This document shows, piece by piece, positions 39,867 to 50,090 of a DNA stretch of 64,000 bases (the first letter of the stretch is position 1; each line of letters begins with the position of its first letter). The stretch comes from Thalassotalea sp. GTDB lineage: Bacteria > Pseudomonadota > Gammaproteobacteria > Enterobacterales > Alteromonadaceae. The position numbers and the translations under genes are program-made. Location: the NCBI GenBank assembly GCA_049613795.1, contig JBMZCX010000004.1, positions 6,578 to 70,577 of the forward strand, given 5' to 3'. The notes below the pieces were generated by a model. The model saw only the letters and a program-made list of their open reading frames with translations. It was not told the origin of the DNA and did no database searches.

Positions 39867-41144
39867 ATGACTCAACTAAATATTCAATTATTATTAACTG
39901 GTAATGAAATAATGAGTGGTGACGTTACAGATACTAATTCGGTGATGATCGCACAAGCATTGAAAGCAATAGGCGCAGAGGTTACCAAAAAAACAGCCGT
40001 TGCAGATAACATTTCACTATTAGTTAGTGAGATATTATCAATTAGCCAACATGCTGATGTACTAATTATTAATGGCGGATTAGGACCAACCGTTGACGAC
40101 TTAACTGCGCAAGCCTTAGCTCAAGCCAATAATACTTCTTTAATGCTAAATAAAGAGGCAGAACACCATTTACAACAATGGTGTAATCAAAAAGGTGTTG
40201 CACTTAGTAAAGCCAACTTAAAACAAGCTTTGCTGCCCGAAAATGCTCAAATAATTGCTAACACTATAGGCAGTGCTGTTGGCTTTACCGTAACAATTAA
40301 CCATTGTGACATTTACTGCACGCCTGGCGTTCCCCGAGAGCTGTCTTTAATGTTAGTTCAAAGCATTATTCCTGCTGTGCAAACAAAGCTTCCTGCAACA
40401 CCAAGTTATATTGTTAAGCGTTTTCAAACATACGGCATTGGCGAATCAAATTTACAGACATTAATTGAACAACATTTTCCTATCTGGCCTAAAGATATTG
40501 AACTAGGCTTTAGAGCAAATCGCCCCTTCGTTGAAGTGAAATTAACAAGTAAAAACAATAATGGAGCCGAATTACTCCCGCTTTGGAGTAAAAAGATACA
40601 ACAGCTTTTAGGGGCCCATATATTAGATGAAATCAGCCAAAACGAACGCTCAATGCCTGCACATATCTTATCTTTACTTTTTAATAAAAATTTACAAATA
40701 ACCACAGCGGAGTCATGCACAGGAGGGTTAATTGCCAGCCAAATAACCTCTATCGCAAATGCCTCAGCAAGCTTTGAAGCGGGCTTTGTTACCTACTCAA
40801 ATCCCATGAAAACAGCATTATTAGGTGTAAAGAAAAGCACTCTAGCTAGGCATGGTGCTGTTAGTCAGGCAGTTGTAGAAGAAATGGCGCTAGGTGCACT
40901 AAAACAATCAGGTGCTGATATTGCCATTGCCGTTTCAGGCATTGCAGGGCCTTCAGGTGGAAGCAAAGAAAAACCCGTTGGCTCAGTATGGATAGCTTGG
41001 GGTAGTGCAACAAAGATCAATTCTCAATATTTTTGTATAAAAGGAAGTCGTCAAGACTTTCAACACGCAGTAACGTACCGGGCATTAGATCTGACAAGAC
41101 GCTTTCTTTTAGATATTACAGATCAACCCTGGTATATAAGATAA
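39867..41144 (+). CDS. cinA: CinA family protein (MoCF-like/COG1058 domain fused to PncC NMN deamidase)
   Basis: TGNEIMSG..TDTN, GGLGPTVDD, PGVPRE, AESCTGG, SGIAGP. Confidence 0.92.
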   Translation: MTQLNIQLLLTGNEIMSGDVTDTNSVMIAQALKAIGAEVTKKTAVADNISLLVSEILSISQHADVLIINGGLGPTVDDLTAQALAQANNTSLMLNKEAEHHLQQWCNQKGVALSKANLKQALLPENAQIIANTIGSAVGFTVTINHCDIYCTPGVPRELSLMLVQSIIPAVQTKLPATPSYIVKRFQTYGIGESNLQTLIEQHFPIWPKDIELGFRANRPFVEVKLTSKNNNGAELLPLWSKKIQQLLGAHILDEISQNERSMPAHILSLLFNKNLQITTAESCTGGLIASQITSIANASASFEAGFVTYSNPMKTALLGVKKSTLARHGAVSQAVVEEMALGALKQSGADIAIAVSGIAGPSGGSKEKPVGSVWIAWGSATKINSQYFCIKGSRQDFQHAVTYRALDLTRRFLLDITDQPWYIR

Positions 41145-41378
41145 ATTTTTACAACCTATGTCCAATAAACACGTTAGTATATACAATTCAGTAATTGTTA
41201 TTTATTGCTTAGTAAATCAAAAGTTTATATATTTGATGATAATATACTAAAATAAAATAAGTCATTTAAAAGTAACTCACTTTTAAAAAGCATGTTGTAG
41301 TCCTACGCAAGTAAGGATTTTGCCCACGACATATGGCAAAAAAACCGATTAAAATTAGCACATACTTAGGAGTTTATT

Positions 41379-41705
41379 TTGATAGAGAAAAATTATATTA
41401 CCAGCGGACGAAATACAATTATCCATAAAATAAGAAAGTTTGACTTAATTATCGTTAATGGTGCTCACCCTGTGGTAATGATCAGTAACCGCGGAATTGG
41501 CATATATGAAGGTCCAGTGCCAAAGAAAAAGTCTGAAGCTAAAAAAGCCTATCAAGATGTTATTGATGTTGCCGCCGTAGACGTTTTTGGAGAAGAAAAA
41601 ACCCTGCTATTTGTGCAGGCACTCGACAATAAAGAATATAAAATTGATTATTCAAAAGTAAATACACCAAGCTTTATTAAAGTCCATCAAGATAGTTACA
41701 TCTAA
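41379..41705 (+). CDS. Hypothetical cytosolic protein
   Basis: 108 aa; TTG start preceded by AGGAG (41368-41372); 35 bp from the next gene. Confidence 0.75.
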   Translation: MIEKNYITSGRNTIIHKIRKFDLIIVNGAHPVVMISNRGIGIYEGPVPKKKSEAKKAYQDVIDVAAVDVFGEEKTLLFVQALDNKEYKIDYSKVNTPSFIKVHQDSYI

Positions 41706-41740
41706 GCTAACTACAGCAGTAAAGACGGAGTTATATTCTA

Positions 41741-43426
41741 GTGACACAAATCAGTTTAGTGAATAATAAGAAAAATAATATTGATCTTATTATTCAGCCA
41801 ATAAAAAGCGATGTATTAATAACTGAAGCGACAATTCATGAGCTTATTGCCGCTTCAGAATACACATCGCTATATATCAATACTGGCAACGTAAAAAATG
41901 CGATTGCAGAGCTGAATAGTGTCTTAAAACCACTCCAAGCAGGTATGACAGGCCGAGAGATAAAATATCAAGTACTTGAGCGGCGTGACGCATCTATCAC
42001 AATTGAAATAGATTCAGATAAAATGTCAGCAAGCGCTGAAATAGCAACCGCATTAGGGGGAAACCACCTAAGTGCTAAAGCTATTTTAACAGCCGCCCAA
42101 CAAGCGGGTGTAGTCAAAGGCTTTAGCAAAGAAGAATTAATAAAGTTAGCACAACTTGCGGCGAAAGAAGTTCCCGGCAGTATAGTGAAGGGTGAAATAG
42201 CACACGGAAAAAACGCCATTAACGGTAAAGACGCCAAAATAAAATTACTCGTACAAAGTGCACAAGATCGTATTTTAAAACCTAAAAAACGTGATGACGG
42301 TTCTGTTGATATGCGGGATTTAGGTGATATTATTTGTGTAAAAGTAGGAGACCCTCTTGTCCAAAAATTACCTTTAACTGATGGTACTAATGGTTTTTCA
42401 GTGACTGGTGATCCCCTCCCCCCGGAACCGGGTAATGACATTAATTTATGCGCTGGAAATGGCACTGTTATCAGCCCGAAAAATCCAAACGTTTTAGTAT
42501 CAACACTTGTAGGACTACCACGAGTAATTGATAACGGCATGGAAATTGATGAAGTTTATAAAATTAAACAAGTTGATATTAGCTCTGGCCATATAAAATT
42601 TGAAGGTAGTGTGATCATTGATGGTGATGTTTGCGAAGGGATGAAAGTAATCGCTAGCGGTGATATTACTATCGGTGGCTTTGTTGAATCAGCACAGCTT
42701 GAAGCTGGCGGCGATATTACCATAGGCACAGGTATTATTGGTCGCAAGCAAGAAGTAGAAGAAGCCGCTATTACAGATATTGTCATGAGCGTAAACATTA
42801 AAGCTAAAGGTAAAGTCTACGCCAAATATTGCCAATATGCAGAAATATCGTGTGGCAGTTTAAGAATTGAAAATCAATTAATGCACAGTATTATCGATGT
42901 TATAGGTAATGTATGGCTTGGTTCAGCAGAAAAAGCTAACGGTAAACTTATTGCAGGGCATATTTCGGCGGGAACATCTGTTAACGCTGGTATTGTTGGC
43001 GCAACTGCGGGTGGGGCAACCACAATAACCTTTGAAAAACGCTTATTAACTTATTCTGAGAAAATGAAAAGGCTCGATGAACAACTTCAGCAGGAATCAG
43101 CTGCGACCGCAGAGCTCAAAGCCGCACAAAGTAAATTAAAAAAACTACCAAAAGAAAAACAAAATCACGAAATATTGTCTAAGGTGATTTCTACGTATCA
43201 GTTTCATGCCAGACGCATGGGCGAACTTTTAAACGAAAAAGAACAATTAGAAAGTGAAATCCAAACATACATGGAAAGTGTGTACGTTGCGGCAACAGAA
43301 AAGCTCTTTCACGGTGTAAAAATGACTGTGGGGGATTTTCATGACAGATCAAAGCGTGAGTATGGCCCAAGTAAAATGATCTATAAAGAGCGAAAAATCA
43401 TTATTGATCCAATAGTAAATACCTAA
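41741..43426 (+). CDS. DUF342/FapA family protein
   Basis: DDGSVDMRDLG, VDISSGHIKFEGSVIIDGDV, repeated AxGDI beta-helix units, C-terminal coiled coil. Confidence 0.88.
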   Translation: MTQISLVNNKKNNIDLIIQPIKSDVLITEATIHELIAASEYTSLYINTGNVKNAIAELNSVLKPLQAGMTGREIKYQVLERRDASITIEIDSDKMSASAEIATALGGNHLSAKAILTAAQQAGVVKGFSKEELIKLAQLAAKEVPGSIVKGEIAHGKNAINGKDAKIKLLVQSAQDRILKPKKRDDGSVDMRDLGDIICVKVGDPLVQKLPLTDGTNGFSVTGDPLPPEPGNDINLCAGNGTVISPKNPNVLVSTLVGLPRVIDNGMEIDEVYKIKQVDISSGHIKFEGSVIIDGDVCEGMKVIASGDITIGGFVESAQLEAGGDITIGTGIIGRKQEVEEAAITDIVMSVNIKAKGKVYAKYCQYAEISCGSLRIENQLMHSIIDVIGNVWLGSAEKANGKLIAGHISAGTSVNAGIVGATAGGATTITFEKRLLTYSEKMKRLDEQLQQESAATAELKAAQSKLKKLPKEKQNHEILSKVISTYQFHARRMGELLNEKEQLESEIQTYMESVYVAATEKLFHGVKMTVGDFHDRSKREYGPSKMIYKERKIIIDPIVNT

Positions 43427-43609
43427 AACCTTTCATTTCTTCGACTACTCATTGATATACGACAAGGGCAATAACGTTGCCCTATTCCAGCAATGCACCG
43501 TTATATTTATCATGATAAGGTGGCGAATCAGGTATGATTGGTATAAGCTCAATTCACGGAGTAAGTACTTTGTAATTTAGATCTCCAGCTAAAGTTGCCT
43601 CAGTAAAGG

Positions 43610-44743
43610 CTAAGTACCTACTAACGCCAATAATATCCCCGCAGCTACTGCTGAACCCAGTACTCCAGCGACATTAGGCCCCATAGCATGCATTAATAAA
43701 AAGTTATGCGGGTTAGCTTCCAAGCCAACCTTATTAGCAACTCGAGCCGCCATAGGCACTGCAGAAACCCCTGCTGCACCAATTAACGGATTTATAGGCT
43801 CTTTGCTGTATTTGTTCATCACTTTTGCCATTAGTACTCCAGATGCAGTACCAATAGAAAAAGCAACAGCACCTAATGCTAATATGCCTAATGTTTCAAC
43901 ATTTAAAAAGGCTTCTGCACTTAACTTTGAGCCAACACCTAGCCCTAAGAAAATAGTAACAATATTAATTAATTCATTCTGGGCAGTTGAACTTAAACGG
44001 TCAACTACACCACATTCACGCATTAAATTACCTAAACAAAACATACCAACTAACGGCGTCGCTGCAGGTAGAAAAAATATAGTCATTAACAATACAGCGA
44101 GTGGAAAAATAATTTTTTCTACTTTGGTGACAGGTCTAAGTTGTGCCATTACTATTTGACGCTCTTCACTTGTTGTTAATGCTTTCATTATTGGAGGCTG
44201 AATAATAGGCACCAACGCCATATAAGAATAAGCAGCTACGGCTATTGCCCCAAGTAATTCAGGCGCAAGTTTAGATGCTAGAAATATTGCTGTGGGGCCA
44301 TCTGCACCACCAATAATGGCGATAGCCGATGCATCTTGTAATGAGAATTCAAAACCAGGTATTGCATTTAAAGCAATTGCACCAAATAGTGTGGCAAAAA
44401 TACCAAATTGTGCCGCCGCCCCTAAAAATAATACTTTAGGGTTAGCAATTAAAGCCCCAAAATCAGTCATTGCGCCTACACCCATAAAGATTAATAGCGG
44501 GAAGATCCCAGTATCAACACCTGCGTAGTAAATATAGTGCAACAAACCACCAACTTCAGAAAAGCCTGCTACAGGGATATTGGTTAGAATAGCGCCAAAG
44601 CCCATAGGTAAAAGTAATAACGGTTCAAAGTTTTTAGCAATAGCAAGAAATAATAATAAGCAACCAACGATCATCATAACCACTTGCCCTGCTTCAAAAT
44701 TAGCAAGCCCTGTTGATAACCATAATGTGTTTAATGAATCCAT
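43610..44743 (-). CDS. oadB: Na+-translocating oxaloacetate decarboxylase beta subunit
   Basis: [34 protein letters not shown]. Confidence 0.96.
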   Translation of the reverse strand: MDSLNTLWLSTGLANFEAGQVVMMIVGCLLLFLAIAKNFEPLLLLPMGFGAILTNIPVAGFSEVGGLLHYIYYAGVDTGIFPLLIFMGVGAMTDFGALIANPKVLFLGAAAQFGIFATLFGAIALNAIPGFEFSLQDASAIAIIGGADGPTAIFLASKLAPELLGAIAVAAYSYMALVPIIQPPIMKALTTSEERQIVMAQLRPVTKVEKIIFPLAVLLMTIFFLPAATPLVGMFCLGNLMRECGVVDRLSSTAQNELINIVTIFLGLGVGSKLSAEAFLNVETLGILALGAVAFSIGTASGVLMAKVMNKYSKEPINPLIGAAGVSAVPMAARVANKVGLEANPHNFLLMHAMGPNVAGVLGSAVAAGILLALVGT

Positions 44744-44753
44744 TTTTTTATAC

Positions 44754-46529
44754 CTACGCTAACGTGATCAATGGGTCACCAACAGCGACAGCGTCACCTT
44801 CTTTGGCATTTACGGCAACAATTTCACCACCATTAACGGCACGCACTTCCGTTTCCATTTTCATTGCTTCCATAATTAACACCACTTCACCGGCTTCAAC
44901 TTGGTCACCTTCATTCACTAATACTTTAAAAATATTACCTGCCAATGGCGCATTTAAAGTTTCACCTGCGCTAACGGTTGCCGACTGCTTTAATAACTCG
45001 CCGCCAGCGGCATGTTTAACACTGTCAATTGAGCCACCAGGAGCCACAACAACATCATAAACTTTGCCATCAACACTTACTGCATAGTTTTCTGTTGCTG
45101 TGCCATTAACCGTATTTGAAGCTTCGGTTTGCACAGGTTCTTTAGTTGGAACAGGCTCAAATGCATCAGGATTATTTCGATTTTCTAAAAATTTTAACCC
45201 TATTTGCGGAAACAACGCATAAGTGAGTACATCGTCAATAACGTCATCAGCAAGCTGAATATTTTTTTCGTCTGCAATAGCCGTTAGCTCTGCCGATAAT
45301 GCTTCAACTTCTGGTTTCAGTAGGTCAGCAGGACGACAAGTAATGGCTTCACTGCCGTCTAAAACACGTGCTTGTAGTTCTGCATCCACTTTGTCTGCGG
45401 TAGCACCATACTCACCTTTTAAAACGCCTGCAGTTTCCTTGGTAATAGTTTTATAGCGTTCACCCGTTAGTACATTAAGAACAGCTTGCGTACCTACAAT
45501 TTGAGAAGTAGGTGTAACTAATGGGATATAACCCAGATCTTTTCTAACTTTAGGTATCTCAGTAAGCACGTCGTCTAGTTTGTCTGCTGCGCCTTGCTCT
45601 TTCAGTTGATTTTCCATATTAGTAAGCATGCCACCAGGTACTTGTGCTAGTAGGATACGGGCATCAATGCCTTTTAAACTTCCTTCAAAACGTGCATATT
45701 TTTCACGTACGTCTCTAAAATATGCAGCAACTTCTGCAAGTTTAACCATATCTAAGCCGCTATCACGCGCAGTATTTTCAACAATCGAAACAATAGTTTC
45801 TGTAGGAGAATGTCCATAAGTTTGGCTCATTGACGAAATAGAAGTATCGATAACATCAATGTCCGCGTCGATAGCTTTCATGTGTGTTGCAACGCTTAGC
45901 CCTGTTGTTGCATGGCAATGTAACGCAATAGGTAAAGCGACGGTTTCTTTTAATCGCCCTATTAACTCTGCTGCGTCATAAGGCTTTAATAACCCTGACA
46001 TATCTTTAATACAAAGTGAATGAGCACCCATATCTTCAAGTTGTTTAGCCATGGTTAACCAACCTTCAAGGGTATGTACAGGGCTTTCAGTGTAACTTAG
46101 CGTTCCTTGTGCATGTGCGCCTACCTTAACTGCGGCTTTAATTGAAGTTTGAAGATTTCGCACATCATTCATTGCATCGAAAATTCGAAAAACATCAACC
46201 CCATTAACATGAGCGCGCTCAACAAACTTTTCAACAACATCATCAGCATAATGGCGATAACCTAATATATTCTGGCCGCGAAACAACATTTGTTGCTTAG
46301 TATTAGGCATCGCCTTCTTTAATGCACGAATACGCTCCCAAGGATCTTCACCTAAATAACGAATACAAGAATCAAAGGTAGCACCGCCCCATGACTCTAT
46401 TGACCAAAAACCGATTTCATCTAACTTAGGAGCGATCGGCAGCATATCTTCTAAACGAAGTCGGGTCGCTAATAATGATTGATGACCATCTCTTAAAACA
46501 ACTTCAGTAATACCTAATGGCTTTGACAT
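44754..46529 (-). CDS. oadA: Oxaloacetate decarboxylase alpha subunit
   Basis: [15 protein letters not shown], biotinylation motif EAMKM. Confidence 0.97.
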   Translation of the reverse strand: MSKPLGITEVVLRDGHQSLLATRLRLEDMLPIAPKLDEIGFWSIESWGGATFDSCIRYLGEDPWERIRALKKAMPNTKQQMLFRGQNILGYRHYADDVVEKFVERAHVNGVDVFRIFDAMNDVRNLQTSIKAAVKVGAHAQGTLSYTESPVHTLEGWLTMAKQLEDMGAHSLCIKDMSGLLKPYDAAELIGRLKETVALPIALHCHATTGLSVATHMKAIDADIDVIDTSISSMSQTYGHSPTETIVSIVENTARDSGLDMVKLAEVAAYFRDVREKYARFEGSLKGIDARILLAQVPGGMLTNMENQLKEQGAADKLDDVLTEIPKVRKDLGYIPLVTPTSQIVGTQAVLNVLTGERYKTITKETAGVLKGEYGATADKVDAELQARVLDGSEAITCRPADLLKPEVEALSAELTAIADEKNIQLADDVIDDVLTYALFPQIGLKFLENRNNPDAFEPVPTKEPVQTEASNTVNGTATENYAVSVDGKVYDVVVAPGGSIDSVKHAAGGELLKQSATVSAGETLNAPLAGNIFKVLVNEGDQVEAGEVVLIMEAMKMETEVRAVNGGEIVAVNAKEGDAVAVGDPLITLA

Positions 46530-46541
46530 CTGTGACTACTC

Positions 46542-46814
46542 CTATTTCTTTTTAGTATGTTGCTGACGATACTGACTAACTGCAGCACTAATTGCTGCAA
46601 CAAGACTCGGTGAAACACCATCTTCAACTTCTTTTTTAGTCGCTAGTTTACGTTGGGGGCTACGTTCAACAATAGGATCAGGATAGGCTTTAGCTAGTTT
46701 TACTAAAACAGTGTTAATAAAAACAACCAACAGTCCTAAAAAAGTAAAAACAAAGACCATACCAGCAAGCATTAATGTGCCCGCTTCAGTAAAAAGTTGC
46801 ATTAAGTTATCCAT
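46542..46814 (-). CDS. oadG: Oxaloacetate decarboxylase gamma subunit
   Basis: GMVFVFTFLGLL TM and AAISAAV tail; first gene of oadGAB. Confidence 0.92.
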   Translation of the reverse strand: MDNLMQLFTEAGTLMLAGMVFVFTFLGLLVVFINTVLVKLAKAYPDPIVERSPQRKLATKKEVEDGVSPSLVAAISAAVSQYRQQHTKKK

Positions 46815-46992
46815 TTTTATCTCATTGAACAAATTATTATAGAATTAGAATAATCACTCCAATAACTAAAAAGCAACTTAAATATCTTAATTTCAGAAAA
46901 ATAATATTAAGTCAATAGTACAAACAAACAAAAACAAGTATATATGCAAGTTTTTTTAATATTTATTCACATTAAATATAACAAAAGAAATA

Positions 46993-47057
46993 TTGTATAC
47001 AATTTAAAATCTTATTTTTAAAGGGCTAAAATACAGATTATTATATTTTGTATACAA
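46993..47057. promoter_or_regulatory. Two identical TTGTATACAA palindromes (GntR-family-like operators)
   Basis: Copies at 46993-47002 and 47048-47057, 55 bp apart, upstream of oadG. Confidence 0.55.
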
Positions 47058-47078
47058 TTTAAGGTAACTATATCCTAG

Positions 47079-47239
47079 TACCATTTTCATTAATGGAGTG
47101 ATCTACTTAATACATAAAAATTAAATCAAGCTAAAGGGCTTAATTGACTAATAGTATGTTATTGGAGGGAGAGGGAGAGCAACATCACCTTAGGAAATGT
47201 TAACCAGTACAATTGAGTAATAATTTAATGAATTGGGTA
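47079..47239. mobile_element. Degenerate ~160-bp ERIC/MITE-like element
   Basis: Terminal inverted repeats TACCATTTTCATTAA / TTAATGAATTGGGTA (12/15 match); central AATAGTATGTTATT imperfect palindrome; non-coding. Confidence 0.5.
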
Positions 47240-47440
47240 GTTAGCCATTAGAAGATTAATATATAAAAAAGTTTTTATAGTGAAGAGCTTTAAGAGAATA
47301 AAAAGAAGTATTGGCCTCTTAACGTTAATAGAGGGCCTTTGCATTTAATGCTTAAAGAGCACCAAAGTTATGCATCAAAAATAAATAAAAGGAAACTAAT
47401 TAATAAGGTGGGTATCTATAAAAATTAATTTTAGATATTA

Positions 47441-47470
47441 AAAAAGGGTAAGAATGACTCTTACCCTTTC
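47441..47470 (-). terminator. Terminator of cspA
   Basis: AAAGGGTAAGA-atgac-TCTTACCCTTT with an A-run on the left (U-tract on the minus strand). Confidence 0.8.
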
Positions 47471-47504
47471 GTATTTTAATTTACTAATTTATAGCAAGTT
47501 AAAA

Positions 47505-47714
47505 TTATAAAGCAACGATGTTCTCTGCTTGAGGACCTTTTTGACCTTGAGTTACTGTAAACTCAACTTTTTGACCTTCTGCTAACGTTTTGAAACCGTC
47601 ACCAGAAATTGCACTGAAGTGTGCGAAAACGTCAGGACCAGATTCTTGCTCGATGAAGCCAAAACCTTTAGATTCGTTAAACCATTTTACTGTACCAGTA
47701 GTTTTATCAGACAT
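47505..47714 (-). CDS. cspA: Cold-shock protein, CspA family
   Basis: [13 protein letters not shown] (RNP1), VFAHFS (RNP2), KGPQAENI. Paralog identity uncertain. Confidence 0.95.
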   Translation of the reverse strand: MSDKTTGTVKWFNESKGFGFIEQESGPDVFAHFSAISGDGFKTLAEGQKVEFTVTQGQKGPQAENIVAL

Positions 47715-47865
47715 AATATTATCCTAAAAATTAAAAATTGTTACTTTGCAATATTACAAAGCGATAGTGCAGGAAGTGTTACTATGACTTATTAATCGGG
47801 ACGAGCTACTACAAATAACGCGGTACGGTGTATATAAATATAGGTCTTACTTTCTAGCTATGGGC

Positions 47866-47893
47866 ATTCTAACTACTATTAATATAGAGTCAA
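47866..47893 (-). promoter_or_regulatory. Sigma70 promoter of cspA (implies ~145-nt 5' UTR)
   Basis: Minus strand TTGACT-16 bp-TAGAAT. Confidence 0.65.
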
Positions 47894-48181
47894 GCAATTT
47901 CGCTTTAGTTCGAGAGGGAAAAACATGGTTAACGCACTTAAATTCTAACTCGAACACGATTGAGTAAGTGTCCCATTACCCCTACCATTTTTCCTTATTC
48001 GCTGATTTTTTGTATATTGCTAAGAAAGCGCCATAGACACATTAATTACCGTAACTCTGACGTAGCTATGAAAGAATCCTTCCCAGTATTTATATGCACT
48101 AGCACTTCGAATAGCGCTAGCTAATAGATAACTTTAATTTGATTAGTCTTACATCGACAATGGCGATGATACCAGCCCCTG

Positions 48182-48928
48182 TCAAAGGTAGTTTGTAGTA
48201 TCCGTAATATGATATTTTCGACGTAACTGTTCAACAAATGATTTATTCTCTTTCAAAAACAAATTGAACTCTAAAATAACATGTTCAAACTTAATCGTTG
48301 ATAATTGATAGGTATACACTTCGTGAGGTAGTGTTTTATCTACAACCAACTCCCCTTCTTTATCAAGTACTTTGAGATAATGTTTAACAACACTTTGCTC
48401 TAAATTCGTGGCGTCTAAATGACCATGTAATACCTGTTTAACTATGCTTAAAACGGATGTTATTTCTACCAGCTTAGTATTACCGCTAGCAATTAAATCT
48501 GTCCACATGGTGGCATGAAAGCCAAGTAATGTACCAATAGTTTTTATTTCTTCTCGTTTTTTTCCTTCGTCTCCTTTACGAACCATAGTGCCTGAAACTA
48601 ATTCAACAACAGGGTCACTAAATGTTAATTTAGAATAAAAATCTCGGCCCTTTTTCCACATAATATTGTCTGGATACCTAAAATCTATCGCTTCTTCTTG
48701 GTACCAATAATTAATACGTTTGAGCGGTAAAGACAAATACGTGAATTTATACCCTTTAGACTTAGCAAAAGCGTCTAATAATTCTTTGGTATGACTATTT
48801 TTAGGAAAATCATATAGAGGAAAATAACCTGCATCTTGCACCCCAATAATAAAATGTTGTGCGGACAAGGGCATACAAATGGATGACAAAAATAGATAAC
48901 TAACAAAGAGTAACAGCGTTTTTTTCAC
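48182..48928 (-). CDS. Orphan periplasmic substrate-binding protein (family 3-like)
   Basis: GTG 48928 gives a signal peptide (VKKTLLL...LSA); YFPLY, LPLKR, IDFRYPDN, GTLLGF. Confidence 0.75.
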   Translation of the reverse strand: MKKTLLLFVSYLFLSSICMPLSAQHFIIGVQDAGYFPLYDFPKNSHTKELLDAFAKSKGYKFTYLSLPLKRINYWYQEEAIDFRYPDNIMWKKGRDFYSKLTFSDPVVELVSGTMVRKGDEGKKREEIKTIGTLLGFHATMWTDLIASGNTKLVEITSVLSIVKQVLHGHLDATNLEQSVVKHYLKVLDKEGELVVDKTLPHEVYTYQLSTIKFEHVILEFNLFLKENKSFVEQLRRKYHITDTTNYL

Positions 48929-49147
48929 TTTTTCACTTTCCTTTATTAGAGTTATCGAAAAAGTATATCGCCAAAAAAAACTAAATGCACGAAAAATGAT
49001 CAATTGACATTTTCATACTTGAAATTTATCTATTTAATCTTATATGTAATTTATCACCATAATATAAATTAACTGAATACTGGAAAAACAAGCAAATACG
49101 CTGTTAAAATCCACACCAGAAATTACTGCAGACGAGACATATTTAAG

Positions 49148-49876
49148 ATGGGAAGAGCTTACCAAAACCGAAAATTATCGATGGCCAAAACAGCTGGTCA
49201 AAAAACTAAAGTTTATTCTAAGTACGGAAAAGCTATTTATGTATGTGCTAAAAATGGTGGTACAGATCCCGACGGAAATCTAACATTACGTGGTTTAATC
49301 GATCGCGCGAAGAAAGACCAAGTACCTACTCATGTGATTGACAATGCCATTAAAAAGGCGTCAGGTGCTGGGGGGGAAGATTATTCTGAAGCTCGTTATG
49401 AAGGTTTTGGCCCTGGAAATTGTATGGTAATTATTGACTGTTTAACGGACAACGGTAACCGTACCATTAAAGATGTTCGTCAATGTTTTACAAAAACACA
49501 TTCAAAAATAGGCTCTACGGGAACGGTTTCGCACATGTTTGACCACCAAGCCGTATTTGCTTTTAAAGGTGACGACGACGAAGCCGTATTAGAAAATTTA
49601 ATGATGGCAGACATAGATGTGACTGATGTTGAGCTTGAAGACGGTATTGTTACCGTACAAGCACCGCACACGGAGTTTTTTAAAATAAAAACAGAGTTTG
49701 CCAACAGCATGCCTGAGTATGACCTTGAAGTTGAAGAAATTACTTGGGTGCCACAAACATACACTGAAATATCCACTGAAGACGATATTGCCAACTTCGA
49801 AAAATTTCTAGCTATGCTTGAAGATTGTGACGATGTACAGAACGTATATCATAACGCTGAATTACCTAGCGAATAA
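49148..49876 (+). CDS. YebC/PmpR family protein (YeeN-like subgroup)
   Basis: [33 protein letters not shown]. Confidence 0.93.
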   Translation: MGRAYQNRKLSMAKTAGQKTKVYSKYGKAIYVCAKNGGTDPDGNLTLRGLIDRAKKDQVPTHVIDNAIKKASGAGGEDYSEARYEGFGPGNCMVIIDCLTDNGNRTIKDVRQCFTKTHSKIGSTGTVSHMFDHQAVFAFKGDDDEAVLENLMMADIDVTDVELEDGIVTVQAPHTEFFKIKTEFANSMPEYDLEVEEITWVPQTYTEISTEDDIANFEKFLAMLEDCDDVQNVYHNAELPSE

Positions 49877-49900
49877 TACTCCTACATAACCACTACAATG

Positions 49901-49933
49901 AAAGCACTGATGATATGTTATCGGTGCTTTTTT
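49901..49933 (+). terminator. Rho-independent terminator after yebC-family gene
   Basis: AAAGCACTGAT...ATCGGTGCTTTTTT. Confidence 0.75.
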
Positions 49934-49982
49934 ATTAAACAACCTTACATATTTTCATTATTCCTTCTCATTTACCCATTTT

Positions 49983-50023
49983 TTGATCAAGATCATAAGC
50001 ACAACCTAACGAAAGCGTAGTAT
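49983..50023 (+). promoter_or_regulatory. FNR/DNR-type class II promoter of nosR
   Basis: TTGAT-caag-ATCAT (49983-49996) with -10 TAGTAT (50018-50023), geometry fits a -41.5 site. Confidence 0.75.
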
Positions 50024-50024
50024 A

Positions 50025-50041
50025 TGCGACATATTGTCGCA
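50025..50041. promoter_or_regulatory. Perfect palindrome TGCGAC-N5-GTCGCA (RegA/PrrA/RoxR-like box)
   Basis: TGCGACatattGTCGCA lying over the predicted nosR transcription start. Confidence 0.55.
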
Positions 50042-50090
50042 GTTTTCATTAATTTTAATGAATACCACTTGAGTAAGGTAGTCGCGTTAA

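Noticed and set aside
47900-48180. Unexplained 280-bp spacer upstream of the cspA promoter; possible pseudogene or sRNA
   Set aside because: The frames I read are interrupted by stops and I saw no recognisable motif or terminator; cannot support a call.
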